Shown: one piece after another, positions 1-9,563 of the stretch
Numbering within the stretch: the first letter of the stretch is position 1
Layout of the letters: the number at the start of each line of letters is the position of its first letter
IMG/VR virus record: IMGVR_UViG_3300023063_000001
Location: 1-64,000 of that record
Length of the DNA: 64,000 nucleotides
Reading direction: 5' to 3' (one strand)
Source: a virus
The notes under the pieces: model-generated
Told to the model about the DNA's origin: nothing
What the model saw: only the letters and a program-made list of their open reading frames with translations
Databases searched by the model: none
Made by a program: the position numbers and the translations under genes

Positions 1-122
1 TACTAAACGGCTTCCGTATGCCTGGAACATCGTCTCAATCCACCATGCAAGGTCTTCCTGAGACTTACTATTGTACTCTTTAGAGTTGTCTGTAGAGTCA
101 ATGCAGTAGTTGATAAGGTACA

Positions 123-344
123 TTAGTTTACCATCCAATTCTTGAAGTAGGCTTTAGCTTTAGGAAGAGAACGCCCCTTGATACGCAATTCAACTTCACC
201 ATCAAGGATCACTTCATAATAGTCTTGAGAGATGTTGTAATGAAAATCATAAACTTTACCTTCAAATTTCAGAGTGCCATCTTTAGCGCTAGCTTGCTGC
301 TTGGCTACCATCTTTATCAGTTTGGATTCGTTGTAGATGTTCAT
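123..344 (-). CDS. small early hypothetical protein
   Basis: 73-aa ORF with AAGGA RBS, downstream of the promoter at 383-411. Confidence 0.7.
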   Translation of the reverse strand: MNIYNESKLIKMVAKQQASAKDGTLKFEGKVYDFHYNISQDYYEVILDGEVELRIKGRSLPKAKAYFKNWMVN

Positions 345-382
345 TGTCTGTATTCCTTTGGTTCATTGTCTCGATATGAAGA

Positions 383-411
383 ATTCTACAGACATAGAAA
401 ACAGGTGTCAA
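383..411 (-). promoter_or_regulatory. sigma70-type early promoter
   Basis: TTGACA-17bp-TAGAAT on minus strand. Confidence 0.8.
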
Positions 412-787
412 CAACTATTTTTCATTAGATGCAAGATATTCAGCTTCGTATACATCTGAACATTCCTCTTGTAAATCTTTCAGATACCCCCAAAACTCCG
501 ACTCCGTAATAAAGTTTCTTTTAGTTCATTTTTAAGATTTCTGTCTGCCTTTCAAGGTATGTCATATTCAAACAACCTTACTACCCACCACATAACGAAC
601 ACCTTTCAAGCCTACATTCAGCGAAGCTGCCCATTTCTTTGCTGCATTAAGAGTTTTACGATTGGCTACTACTTCTTTGTTGAAAGTGTCGGTGATGATG
701 TAGGTAGTCATGGCGTAGCTCCTGGGTTGTATGTTTTGCTTTCTTGTGTTCAGTATACGTCATCTGTCAGGTTGTGCAAGAATTATT

Positions 788-1063
788 TTAAGATATTTTA
801 GTGGTAGGGACTAAGTCTGGACCAAGAGGGACCAAGTAGTTTTTAGCTGCCTTCAGACTTGAAAAGCTTTTCTCATTGACCCCTTGATAATACAGATCTT
901 CATTTATAAAGCAAGAAAAATAATCTTTCTTTTTAACTCCTAATGTCCAATAGCGAGCAATAATAAAGCCCTCCAAATGCTTCCATTTGTGAGGGCCTGT
1001 CCTAGACCAGCCTGATTTATCTGGTTTGTATTGGTTCCTAACAGTCACGACGATGGCAACCAA
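788..1063 (-). CDS. hypothetical protein
   Basis: 91-aa ORF in the co-oriented early cluster; start uncertain. Confidence 0.5.
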   Translation of the reverse strand: MVAIVVTVRNQYKPDKSGWSRTGPHKWKHLEGFIIARYWTLGVKKKDYFSCFINEDLYYQGVNEKSFSSLKAAKNYLVPLGPDLVPTTKIS

Positions 1064-1223
1064 GCTTTAAAAGCTCTGCAACGATAATGTCTTCTGCATC
1101 CATCAACTCACAGATTAGATCATCAGAGCAACCTGTATTTTCAGCATCACGGGTTTCCGATTTAGCAAGGGTCAGCTTGTTTTGGAGAGAAAGAATAGTG
1201 CTATCATTGGTAAATTTGTTCAT
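1038..1223 (-). CDS. hypothetical protein
   Basis: Likely start MNKFT at 1223, downstream of promoter 1273-1301. Confidence 0.55.
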   Translation of the reverse strand: MNKFTNDSTILSLQNKLTLAKSETRDAENTGCSDDLICELMDAEDIIVAELLKLGCHRRDC

Positions 1224-1272
1224 GGTGTTCACTCTTCGTCTGGTAAGAAGCTTTTGCCTCTTGATGTGATTG

Positions 1273-1301
1273 ATTTTATAGACATTATACAACCACGTCA
1301 A
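1273..1301 (-). promoter_or_regulatory. sigma70-type early promoter
   Basis: TTGACG-17bp-TAAAAT. Confidence 0.7.
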
Positions 1302-1554
1302 CAGCTATTTCAATGATCTTTAGTTTTCTATCATATTACACATCAGCCCAGCTACTAAATAGCTATAACCAATTAAACAAAAACCAAAGATGAAGATTAG
1401 TAAAACTATCATTAAACACCACCAAACTCAATAGGGCTATACACAATCTTACATCCATCTTCATACAAGACAGCCGTAGCAAGCTTTGTGTTAGGGGATA
1501 CATTCCTTGTGTACATCCACAAGACCACTGTAGCTGATTTAAAGAAAGTGGTTA

Positions 1555-1812
1555 TCACAACACTCCTCCGAGCATTGCCGCTGTCAACACTTTAGCTGCT
1601 ATCCTATCTGTATCAAGATCCAATCCCCAGGACTGTTGCATATAGAAAGGTTGAGCCTCAACAATAGCACTAGCATCTGAGAATGAAATAGATAGACGTT
1701 CGCATATTGTCTGTATTACAGCTTGTTCCCAGTTTGTGTATGTCATGATTTTGATTCCTTTAGGTATTTGCTTTTGATAAGCCATTATAAAGAAGCCCCC
1801 ACACGAATGCAA
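1555..1812 (-). CDS. hypothetical protein
   Basis: ORF in early cluster; real start probably the internal MTYTNW. Confidence 0.55.
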   Translation of the reverse strand: MHSCGGFFIMAYQKQIPKGIKIMTYTNWEQAVIQTICERLSISFSDASAIVEAQPFYMQQSWGLDLDTDRIAAKVLTAAMLGGVL

Positions 1813-1826
1813 GGGCTTTTATGAGG

Positions 1827-2045
1827 TTATTTATATTTGGCTTTTACAAGATCTTTGAGGCAGGATTCACAACCAAAAGCTTGCGTGGCACTGGTAAAGC
1901 TTGCTTGCTGCTTGATCGTGTTAAAGTAAAGCTTTTGTACACGAAGGCTAAAAATACTAGAACAATACTTCTTGCACAATTCGCAGTTACCAAGACGATC
2001 AGAACTTGAGTGGGCATCCTGAATCACGGCTTTAAAGTTCGACAT
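1827..2045 (-). CDS. small Cys-pair (CxxC...CxxC) hypothetical protein
   Basis: CELC and CESC motifs; 72 aa. Confidence 0.6.
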   Translation of the reverse strand: MSNFKAVIQDAHSSSDRLGNCELCKKYCSSIFSLRVQKLYFNTIKQQASFTSATQAFGCESCLKDLVKAKYK

Positions 2046-2272
2046 GATCTTAAGCCTTCTCTGCTGTTAGTTCTTTGATATTGTGGGTGTGATGAACACA
2101 AGCTTCAACATGGTGTTTAGAAAACTTCTTGTTAAATGTAACTTGTGCGTAGCGTTCACCATTCAGCATAATGTTCCAAGTGGTATAAGTAGCTGCGAAT
2201 TCTTTAGAATCTTGAGTTTTCATAGTGCTTACTCGTTATGTTTAGAAGCTGTTTTGCTCCCTTCTGTTATCT

Positions 2273-2301
2273 ATTCTAGTGTGATTCACTTCATACGTCA
2301 A
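2273..2301 (-). promoter_or_regulatory. sigma70-type early promoter
   Basis: TTGACG-17bp-TAGAAT. Confidence 0.75.
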
Positions 2302-2373
2302 CAAGTGATTGAAGAATTTATAGAATTTCTTTTCATGTGTGGTCGATTCGGCTCACATTGGTAAATTTGTTCA

Positions 2374-2586
2374 CTATTCGTTCTCAATAGAAGCTTTACA
2401 AACAGTAACCTTAATTTCTGGATTAGCTTTTTGAATCTCTAGCAACAACTTCTCAAGATTATTCGGGGCAGTGAAATCCCAATAATTCCCATAGAATACA
2501 GTTTTCTGATTGACTTCAATGCCTATCATCTCTGTAACAGAATCTTTAAAGATTACGATGTTCATGCTCTCACCTCCACTATCCAA
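2374..2586 (-). CDS. hypothetical protein
   Basis: GGAGGTGA RBS precedes internal MNIVIF, the likely start. Confidence 0.55.
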   Translation of the reverse strand: MDSGGESMNIVIFKDSVTEMIGIEVNQKTVFYGNYWDFTAPNNLEKLLLEIQKANPEIKVTVCKASIENE

Positions 2587-2809
2587 ACCCCATCCAAACG
2601 ATATAGCTTACACTGTACACCTTCTTTAAGCATTTCATAAGCTTTGTTGAATGCTTGTGTTGATGATTGAAATGTCATCTGGTTATTCCTTTGTTCAAAT
2701 CGGTAGAATGCATTTGCCGCTATGTTACCGGCTTTATAGAACCCTTCCCAAGCTGCTTTTGCGTCTCTGTGTGGTAATTGTAGCTCTAGGCTGTGTGACT
2801 GTCAACAGG

Positions 2810-3082
2810 TTATTTATCTAATCCACGTATTACATTTTGTAGCATATCATTGATAACTTGCTGTGCAAGGTCGTGAGGCTCAGATATAGTCGAAAGGATG
2901 AGGAATTCTGGAACAATAGTGCTCCCCCATTGTTGAAATAAATCAGCCTCAGCCTCCTCTTTGGAATAATAAATAGGATTATTTAAATCCAAAGTTAGTA
3001 TATTGCTAGATTCTTGAGTGTACTCCACCTTGCTCGGATCAAGCATCCAGAAGTATTTCATCAGATCAGTAATCCGTATCAT
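2810..3082 (-). CDS. hypothetical protein
   Basis: 90-aa ORF overlapping the upstream ORF end. Confidence 0.55.
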   Translation of the reverse strand: MIRITDLMKYFWMLDPSKVEYTQESSNILTLDLNNPIYYSKEEAEADLFQQWGSTIVPEFLILSTISEPHDLAQQVINDMLQNVIRGLDK

Positions 3083-3284
3083 CTTCGGAAGGTGCTTTAG
3101 GCTCTTGCATCCAATGTGTATAGTAATTTGAAGGATCCATTACCATATTTTCATCTTTGCGTAGTTGGCTGTAGTGTACAGAAATCCAAGCTGTCCCATT
3201 CCAAGCTAAGACACAAGGACCATCTGAAGGTAATGGCCTAACATCTTTAGTGGCAAAGTAGTACATTTCGTTATGAATTTTCAT
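3066..3284 (-). CDS. hypothetical protein (DUF551-like, THWM motif)
   Basis: P..LP...VLAW...YTHWMQEP pattern; GAGGAG RBS. Confidence 0.55.
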   Translation of the reverse strand: MKIHNEMYYFATKDVRPLPSDGPCVLAWNGTAWISVHYSQLRKDENMVMDPSNYYTHWMQEPKAPSEDDTDY

Positions 3285-3305
3285 AACATTCTCCTCATTA
3301 ATTTA

Positions 3306-3851
3306 TTAATGACTCATAATTAACATCAGAATACATACTAACACACTAGCTCCAAAGAATACACATCCTTCTATATTATTTTTACCCTTCAAAGTGTCTA
3401 TTTGTGCAGGGTTTTGATCGTTTGAAACGACGTTCTCTTTTTGTGTGTGACCTACAGCCTCTTCCCTGTCATCGCTGTTTTGAGCATTGAATTGAGCCTT
3501 AACAGAGCGTGCTTTCTTGAGCAATACAATAGCTCTGTCACGCTTAGCTGAGACAATATTCAAAAGCTCTGAATACTCTTCAATGCTCATGTTACCAGCT
3601 TTGTATTCTTGTACAAGCTCTGTCATCTGTTGTGTAAGGGTCTGCACACGTTTTGCTTGAGGAAGAATCCTATCTTGGATTGAGACAGCAGCTTTCTTGT
3701 TGGGCTCAGGGTCTGCATAAGAAGACACACAAGCGCTACCATCAGGATTAAAATGCACCTTCTGTGACTTGGATTGACGATTACCAATCTGTTCACCAGA
3801 GTACTCGTAGCTATCGGCATTATTCCAAGAAGCAACTATGTAATTTCTCAT
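3306..3851 (-). CDS. hypothetical protein with coiled coil and C-terminal TM anchor
   Basis: 181 aa, AGGAG RBS, hydrophobic C-terminus. Confidence 0.7.
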   Translation of the reverse strand: MRNYIVASWNNADSYEYSGEQIGNRQSKSQKVHFNPDGSACVSSYADPEPNKKAAVSIQDRILPQAKRVQTLTQQMTELVQEYKAGNMSIEEYSELLNIVSAKRDRAIVLLKKARSVKAQFNAQNSDDREEAVGHTQKENVVSNDQNPAQIDTLKGKNNIEGCVFFGASVLVCILMLIMSH

Positions 3852-3956
3852 GACCTATCTCCTAAAGCTTTGTTTGTGTCTGTGTGATGATTGTACACCA
3901 ACAAAAGAAGCGCCACAAGGGCGCTTTAGGAGAAATTTCAGATTATTTTAAGCCAA

Positions 3957-4559
3957 TTACATTGGAGACCAACCGGGGACACTGAGCCTCACCAATGTAC
4001 GAAGAACATCTTCCATAACAGGTGTTGATTCATGCAACATTGTCACATTCCCCACATAAATCTTGTTTGCTTGCAAAGCAATACGTTGCAAATCTGATAA
4101 ATCTAGGTGACTACAATCCCCGCCTTCCCTAATTTCCCCACTCCACTCGCCAATATAGGCTGCTGAAGCTGCCACACTTGATGCTAAAATAATAGCTTCG
4201 TCAGGCCAATCCTCAGACCCTGCATTCCATTTGGGGATGTCGTCTTGCCATTTTCCTGCTGTGTGAATATGTGTTCTATGACCGCCACCATGAGTTTGAA
4301 GCTCAGGCACCCAATAACCATCAATGTGAACACCTTTACGACGGTGTGTTGTGTTAGCTTTGACCAGTCCTTGATCAATCATCAAATAAATAGGACCATC
4401 AGTGTCTACTTCCAGTAGCATTTGATCAATAGTAGGTTGCCACCGTTTAAGTTCAGCCGGAAGACCAACTTCTTTATGAAATGCTTTCATATACACACGC
4501 TCCATAGTGTGCTTTGGAAATGTTACGGCTCCCTTTTCTTTTACAATACTTTTCATCAC
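3957..4559 (-). CDS. 2OG-Fe(II) oxygenase-like protein
   Basis: HxD (GVHIDG), distal His (LHES) and terminal Arg (RTLVR) of the DSBH fold. Confidence 0.6.
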   Translation of the reverse strand: MMKSIVKEKGAVTFPKHTMERVYMKAFHKEVGLPAELKRWQPTIDQMLLEVDTDGPIYLMIDQGLVKANTTHRRKGVHIDGYWVPELQTHGGGHRTHIHTAGKWQDDIPKWNAGSEDWPDEAIILASSVAASAAYIGEWSGEIREGGDCSHLDLSDLQRIALQANKIYVGNVTMLHESTPVMEDVLRTLVRLSVPGWSPM

Positions 4560-5098
4560 TTCTCCCCCTTCAACGCTTTAATCTGCTCGCTCGCCTTAGC
4601 AATAGTGGCTTCAAGCTCACGTAATTGTTTGTCTTTTTCTGTTTCAACTGTCGGGTATTCAACAGAATCAATAGCAGTTTTGAAAGATAATTTGATTTCT
4701 TTGGCGCTTTGGTGTGGATTATCTCCCCACAATACCATTGGGCAAACTTCTCCATCTGTCCAAGTATTAGTAAAGATTTTATCCGACCCCATAAATTTAT
4801 AAACGAGGTCATCACAACGACCAAAGTTTTCAGTAAGCCATTCTTTAGTAGCTTTGAATTCATAATAATCTTTATAACGAATAAACCAAGCTTCTTTATT
4901 CATATCAAAGGAATACTTTTGTTCAGCTAATTCAAACCTACTTTCATGCCACCACCAAATCCCATCAACCCGAACTGTACTAGAGCCGCTTTGGCTCAAT
5001 TCAGTGATAGTATATTCTTTACCAAGCAGAATGATCGCCGCATACTGCACAGAGGCCTCCACACAAACAACCCTATCACCCACTTTAAACTTACTCAT
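4556..5098 (-). CDS. hypothetical phage protein (KFKVGDRV N-terminus, C-terminal coiled coil)
   Basis: 180-aa ORF, AGGAG RBS. Confidence 0.7.
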   Translation of the reverse strand: MSKFKVGDRVVCVEASVQYAAIILLGKEYTITELSQSGSSTVRVDGIWWWHESRFELAEQKYSFDMNKEAWFIRYKDYYEFKATKEWLTENFGRCDDLVYKFMGSDKIFTNTWTDGEVCPMVLWGDNPHQSAKEIKLSFKTAIDSVEYPTVETEKDKQLRELEATIAKASEQIKALKGEK

Positions 5099-5324
5099 AC
5101 CAAAGCTCCTTTCTCAGCGTCTACAATACGTTGTATGCCTTCTTTTGCTTCTCTCATTGTAATCTCTCCTTTCAAACAACGCAAGTGCCACTCTTGTACT
5201 GCTGCTTTAGCTAAGATGCTCATTGTTATTTCCTTGTTTATTTAGCTTTGAATGAATTCTAACCATGTTGGTGGGTTGTTCAATAAACAAGCCGCTGCCC
5301 AGGCTTTCAAGGTCGAGTAGTCGA

Positions 5325-5588
5325 TCATTTTGATACCTCACAGCGGATGCCAGCAGCCGTGATGGCTTGCTTCACCTCATCATCGTAGAGAACCTGAGCC
5401 GACACATAGGTTTCAGACATATGAGGCTCAGGCAACACCACGCAAACCGAGTCCAGCGCCGCATTCCAAGCTTGCTCTGCGATCATCTTGCGCAGCACTT
5501 CCTCTGTGTTCCTTTCTAGGTTGCCATTCGGATGATTTTTAGCGAACCAAGCCTGGAACGTTGGCCTCCGCGCTTCTTGAATGCTCAT
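5325..5588 (-). CDS. hypothetical phage protein
   Basis: 87 aa, locally higher GC, AGGAG RBS. Confidence 0.65.
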   Translation of the reverse strand: MSIQEARRPTFQAWFAKNHPNGNLERNTEEVLRKMIAEQAWNAALDSVCVVLPEPHMSETYVSAQVLYDDEVKQAITAAGIRCEVSK

Positions 5589-5937
5589 AAATCAACTCTC
5601 CTGAAAATTAGTACGAACAACATAACGACAAGCCCCGTATTGCATATCAAGCTTGTTTGCCCTATTGCGAGCACGCTGTCTGTCATTATAGGGTTTGCCT
5701 ACAGACTGCTTGGTGTGGATGTCGATGATGGAAAAGGTCATTTAAATTCTCCTCTTTGGAGGCATCTTCTCAAACAACTGAAGGGTTTAGATACCGAAGC
5801 GATTGGTGAGAATAGTGTTGCGACGGCTAGGGCTCATTCTATTGCCACAGGTACTAGGTTCAGTGATGCGGGCTTTCAAGGCTGTCATGTTCATTTTTGT
5901 TTCTCCTAGATGTTGGGTTTCTTGCTTTGTTGAAGTA

Positions 5938-5966
5938 ACTATAGCAACAGCCCTGGCCCGTGTCAA
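5938..5966 (-). promoter_or_regulatory. sigma70-type promoter
   Basis: TTGACA-17bp-TATAGT. Confidence 0.8.
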
Positions 5967-6045
5967 CAAAAATTTAGAGATATTTTCAGTAAATTTTTTA
6001 AAAGAAAAAGCCCCATTTAGGGGCTTTGAAGCGTTGAAATTTGAC

Positions 6046-6228
6046 TCAGTAACCAGCCCACTCTTTAAGCTCTTTATAGTCGGTGAAAGTCTTAATGCCA
6101 CCGTCCTCTAATACACCGTTAATAGTGTACCAATCATGTGCGCTTACAAATACTCGACTCTCTGAATCAACGCCTTGTCCTGCATACCAATCTTGGTTGC
6201 TTGCCCACTTCAATTGTGAATCATTCAT
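6046..6228 (-). CDS. small hypothetical protein
   Basis: 60 aa, AGGAG RBS, promoter TTGACG-16-TAGAAT at 6272-6299. Confidence 0.65.
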   Translation of the reverse strand: MNDSQLKWASNQDWYAGQGVDSESRVFVSAHDWYTINGVLEDGGIKTFTDYKELKEWAGY

Positions 6229-6380
6229 TTCAATTCTCCTATTTGGAAGCTTTTGCTTCCTTCTGTGGTTAATTCTACACCATCACAAACACACGTCAAC
6301 TATTATTTTAAATTTATTTTCTCTAGGCATAAGAAAAACCCGCTTTCTTAGGGCGGGCTTTCGTGGGGTTGCATGGATCG

Positions 6381-6734
6381 CTATTGTGTATCTATCAGAA
6401 ACCTCTTGCATTGCTCACCTATCAACAACAATTTAGCTTTACATTCGATCAGATGGTCTGTAGGCGTTGATACATCACTAATTGATTCTACAATTGCTCT
6501 GCATTCTGTAATCTGAGATTTTAGATTATCTATTTGTGCCTCTTCAAGCTCAAACAACTCTTCCAATAGCTTCACTGTTCCATCAGCATCCGCGTTTGTA
6601 AGCTCCTCCCCTTTAGCAACAAGCTCTATAACATTGTAATCTATATCTTCATACGCCCATTCAGGGCGCTCACGCATGAACAAAGAGTGATCATCACGCA
6701 AGACAAGATAGCCATAGATTCTAGGCATGATCAA
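6381..6734 (-). CDS. hypothetical protein
   Basis: 117-aa ORF coupled to the upstream ORF. Confidence 0.6.
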   Translation of the reverse strand: MIMPRIYGYLVLRDDHSLFMRERPEWAYEDIDYNVIELVAKGEELTNADADGTVKLLEELFELEEAQIDNLKSQITECRAIVESISDVSTPTDHLIECKAKLLLIGEQCKRFLIDTQ

Positions 6735-6946
6735 TTGGCCCGTGACAATGAACGTTTAGCTTCTTGCAAGGTTTTCTTGATACGCTCTTTGCGATCAGGA
6801 AAGCGTGTCACACGGTACCCCTCACCAGATTCAAGTTTGGTAATCAATCCTACGAACGATCCTTCTTCATCGAAGTAGCGGCGAACGTTAGAGCCAGCCA
6901 CAGTGGAGAATTTACCAGTGATCACTTTAGACATTACATTCACCAT
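6731..6946 (-). CDS. hypothetical protein
   Basis: 71-aa basic ORF. Confidence 0.6.
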   Translation of the reverse strand: MVNVMSKVITGKFSTVAGSNVRRYFDEEGSFVGLITKLESGEGYRVTRFPDRKERIKKTLQEAKRSLSRAN

Positions 6947-7053
6947 TTAATAAGCACCAATCAGGTGCCGAGGATTTAGTGAGAAAGCCCTATTACCTTC
7001 TCTACTTCGGTTGAGGACTCCTCTCGCCCCCTTCTTCTCTCAACCTTGGGTAA

Positions 7054-7082
7054 ACTATAACGCTTGGTAGGATAGGTGTCAA
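7054..7082 (-). promoter_or_regulatory. sigma70-type promoter
   Basis: TTGACA-17bp-TATAGT. Confidence 0.75.
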
Positions 7083-7094
7083 CAAAAGATTCAT

Positions 7095-7355
7095 TTAATT
7101 TTGAATCTTTATCAGGGTTTGTAACTCATTGATTCTCTTAGCTTTACGTCGTTCTTTAGGGGTTTCAAGCACTACTTTAGAGCTTTTTGTAATGCTCAAG
7201 GCGCTGGCGATGGCTCGCAATGTGTCATCACAAACAGGCTTTATGCTATAGGCATCCTCTGTTTTGTCAAAAAACCCTAGAACACCACCAATGACAGGCT
7301 CTCCCTTTTCATTGAAATAGACAGCAATTTGAAAACCTTGATTATTGATTGACAT
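7095..7355 (-). CDS. hypothetical protein
   Basis: 86-aa ORF. Confidence 0.55.
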   Translation of the reverse strand: MSINNQGFQIAVYFNEKGEPVIGGVLGFFDKTEDAYSIKPVCDDTLRAIASALSITKSSKVVLETPKERRKAKRINELQTLIKIQN

Positions 7356-7480
7356 TTTACAATCCTTCTGGCTATGTGTTGCGAAATCCCAGGCGGTGTT
7401 CCGATTGGGGTGCCTATCGGCAATCTCTTCTGCTGTTCTATCGGCAGACTAGAGCAAAGCTTTAATCTTTTCTTAAGCTG

Positions 7481-7723
7481 TCAAGCTGTCAAGAAACTAT
7501 GAATCTGGATTAGAGCGTGCAGATACTTTGTATCAGATTCATTCAGGGTTTCTGCATTGTTAATGCCTTCATCTATCCAATTATGATAGTGCTCATTCAC
7601 CGCTGTTTCTGATAGCGAAAGCCCATACAAAACATCATCAAGGGCATCTTGACCGGGAGGACCATAGAACTGTTTTAAGCCTAAGTTTTCCCACATCAAT
7701 AGCAGTTCTTCAGACGATTTCAT
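7481..7723 (-). CDS. hypothetical protein
   Basis: 80 aa, AGGAG RBS. Confidence 0.6.
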   Translation of the reverse strand: MKSSEELLLMWENLGLKQFYGPPGQDALDDVLYGLSLSETAVNEHYHNWIDEGINNAETLNESDTKYLHALIQIHSFLTA

Positions 7724-7740
7724 GGCTTCTCCTAATGCAT

Positions 7741-7772
7741 AAAAGACTCCCTCATAAAGAAAGAGTCTTTTT
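7741..7772. terminator. intrinsic terminator-like hairpin after YadA-like gene
   Basis: AAAAGACTC...GAGTCTTTT inverted repeat with T tracts on both strands. Confidence 0.5.
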
Positions 7773-7789
7773 AAACTAAAGTTTTTAAC

Positions 7790-8464
7790 TTACCAGCTAT
7801 ATGTACCAGCTACAACAGCGCCTGTCTGGCTTGATGAAGTGGTGAATGCTGCATTCAAGAATACATGATCACTCAAAGCACCACCTGCACCAATTGCCAA
7901 CCCTTGATAACCTCCCATTGTTGACGCTGCAATAGCTGTTTGAAAGCCACCATGAATATCAAATTGTTGACCTGCCACTGCTAATGCTGCTGCGGCTCCA
8001 GCTTTTGCTTCTTTAGCTTCACGTCGAGCTTGCCTTACATCATTACGCAATCCTGCTGTATCTGTGTAAAGACCATTAAGTTTGCTTGACATAGCATCAT
8101 TGATAACATCTTGATTTGCAAACTGTGCATCGTGTGCTGTCAAGCGCACATCTTGTGTGTCATTACGCTGTGTTTGAACAATAGCTGCCAAATCACTGTC
8201 ATCAGCACGAGCGCCTAATGATTGAATATTGGTAGTGTTTACATTGGTTTGTGCTTGTGTAGCTTGTTGACGCCCATCAAGGATTTGAATTGCAACACTG
8301 TTACCATATGTATATTTATTCAAGCGTGTTGTTTCTTGATTCAAAGCATTGTATGTAGGAGCACTATTACCATTGACTTTGCTATAGTCAAAGCCTTCAT
8401 CAGCCATTACAGAGCAGCTAGCGAAGGTGATTGCAGCGGCGAGCGGTAGCATAAAAGTTTTCAT
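7790..8464 (-). CDS. YadA-family trimeric autotransporter adhesin-like outer-membrane protein
   Basis: Sec signal peptide, coiled-coil stalk, AGAAAALA linker helix, four amphipathic beta strands ending in ...GTYSW (terminal aromatic). Confidence 0.8.
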   Translation of the reverse strand: MKTFMLPLAAAITFASCSVMADEGFDYSKVNGNSAPTYNALNQETTRLNKYTYGNSVAIQILDGRQQATQAQTNVNTTNIQSLGARADDSDLAAIVQTQRNDTQDVRLTAHDAQFANQDVINDAMSSKLNGLYTDTAGLRNDVRQARREAKEAKAGAAAALAVAGQQFDIHGGFQTAIAASTMGGYQGLAIGAGGALSDHVFLNAAFTTSSSQTGAVVAGTYSW

Positions 8465-8534
8465 TTGTGTTTCTCCTGTGTTTGAGACTGTATATTGTCA
8501 TGGTTTTGTGATGCAGTCAACAATATTTTATAAA

Positions 8535-8891
8535 TTAAATTGTATGTTCTATACAAATAATACCGCCATGCTCTTTACACATCAATGAACAAATAGGACA
8601 TGGCTTTGCATTGACAGGTTGATTTTTTGAATTAACACGAGCTACAACAAGCTTACAGCCTTTGCCTCTTGAGCGAATCAAAGCTAAGCTCTCCGCATGA
8701 CAGAATATTTTTAATTCCAACCCTACCTTTTTAGCGGCATAAAAATGCTTTACGTGGCTGCGGGTATACGAGTTTTTTCCCTCAGAGACAACGCGGTTTT
8801 TACGGTCTAAAACTACGCAATAAAGACGCATTTTACCTCGTTCATAAGGCATAGCTGATGCCATCTTTATGCAGTAGTCTAGTGGGTTCAT
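8535..8891 (-). CDS. Zn-dependent cytidine/deoxycytidylate deaminase-fold protein
   Basis: HAE and PCxxC (KPCPIC) motifs. Confidence 0.8.
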   Translation of the reverse strand: MNPLDYCIKMASAMPYERGKMRLYCVVLDRKNRVVSEGKNSYTRSHVKHFYAAKKVGLELKIFCHAESLALIRSRGKGCKLVVARVNSKNQPVNAKPCPICSLMCKEHGGIICIEHTI

Positions 8892-9138
8892 TATTATTCC
8901 TGATTATTTATAAAAAGTTAATAAGCCTTCATGAAGCTTGACCTTTTAACTCCGCTAACTTCATGTGACACACCGACAACCATAGTATCAGTGAACATTG
9001 GTTTATCAACAATTAAAATCTCATATGTCCCGTCTGCATTAACGTCTGTGATTTCACCAGACATACCATACACACGACCGCCACACATCAGCTTTTAATT
9101 GATTTTTATTTTATCGCCAATATTAATCATTGCAGACC

Positions 9139-9360
9139 TCAAGACCAACCCAAATCTAGCCACTCTTTTACTTCCTTGTCAAAAGCAATCTGCTCCTCAT
9201 GAGCATCGCATAAAGCTTCATAATATTCAAATCTTGCATTCTTTAGCAGTTGTTTCTTTACAATCAAATCAACACTAGAGCCATCCAAGCTTGCTTGTGC
9301 TGTACGATATTCTTGTTCGGCTGATCTTAGCATATTGCGAAGTTCTAGTAGAGTGGTCAT
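9139..9360 (-). CDS. hypothetical protein
   Basis: 73 aa, GGAGG RBS, coupled ORF chain. Confidence 0.6.
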   Translation of the reverse strand: MTTLLELRNMLRSAEQEYRTAQASLDGSSVDLIVKKQLLKNARFEYYEALCDAHEEQIAFDKEVKEWLDLGWS

Positions 9361-9563
9361 TGAGTGTCCTCCAGAAGCTCTTTAAGAACCTCAATTTTAG
9401 CTTCTTGTTTAATTTCTTCTTTAAACAGTTCAAGCAAAGCTTCAAGCTTGTCTAGTTCAATAGAGGAGAAAGTGCGATAGCCATCAGAGAGTGTCCTAGA
9501 AGATTCCATGACTTTTACAATAGATTTAATTGTGCTCATCTCATTTCTCCCTTGCTGCATCAA
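9357..9563 (-). CDS. hypothetical protein
   Basis: coupled ORF; start uncertain. Confidence 0.5.
   Translation of the reverse strand: MMQQGRNEMSTIKSIVKVMESSRTLSDGYRTFSSIELDKLEALLELFKEEIKQEAKIEVLKELLEDTQ

Noticed and set aside
1410-1557. GGA-containing stretch (ACAAGGAATGT) as a possible RsmY/Z-like sponge RNA
   Set aside because: It reads as a ~48-codon ORF (GTG start after GGAGGAG) and has too few GGA hairpins.
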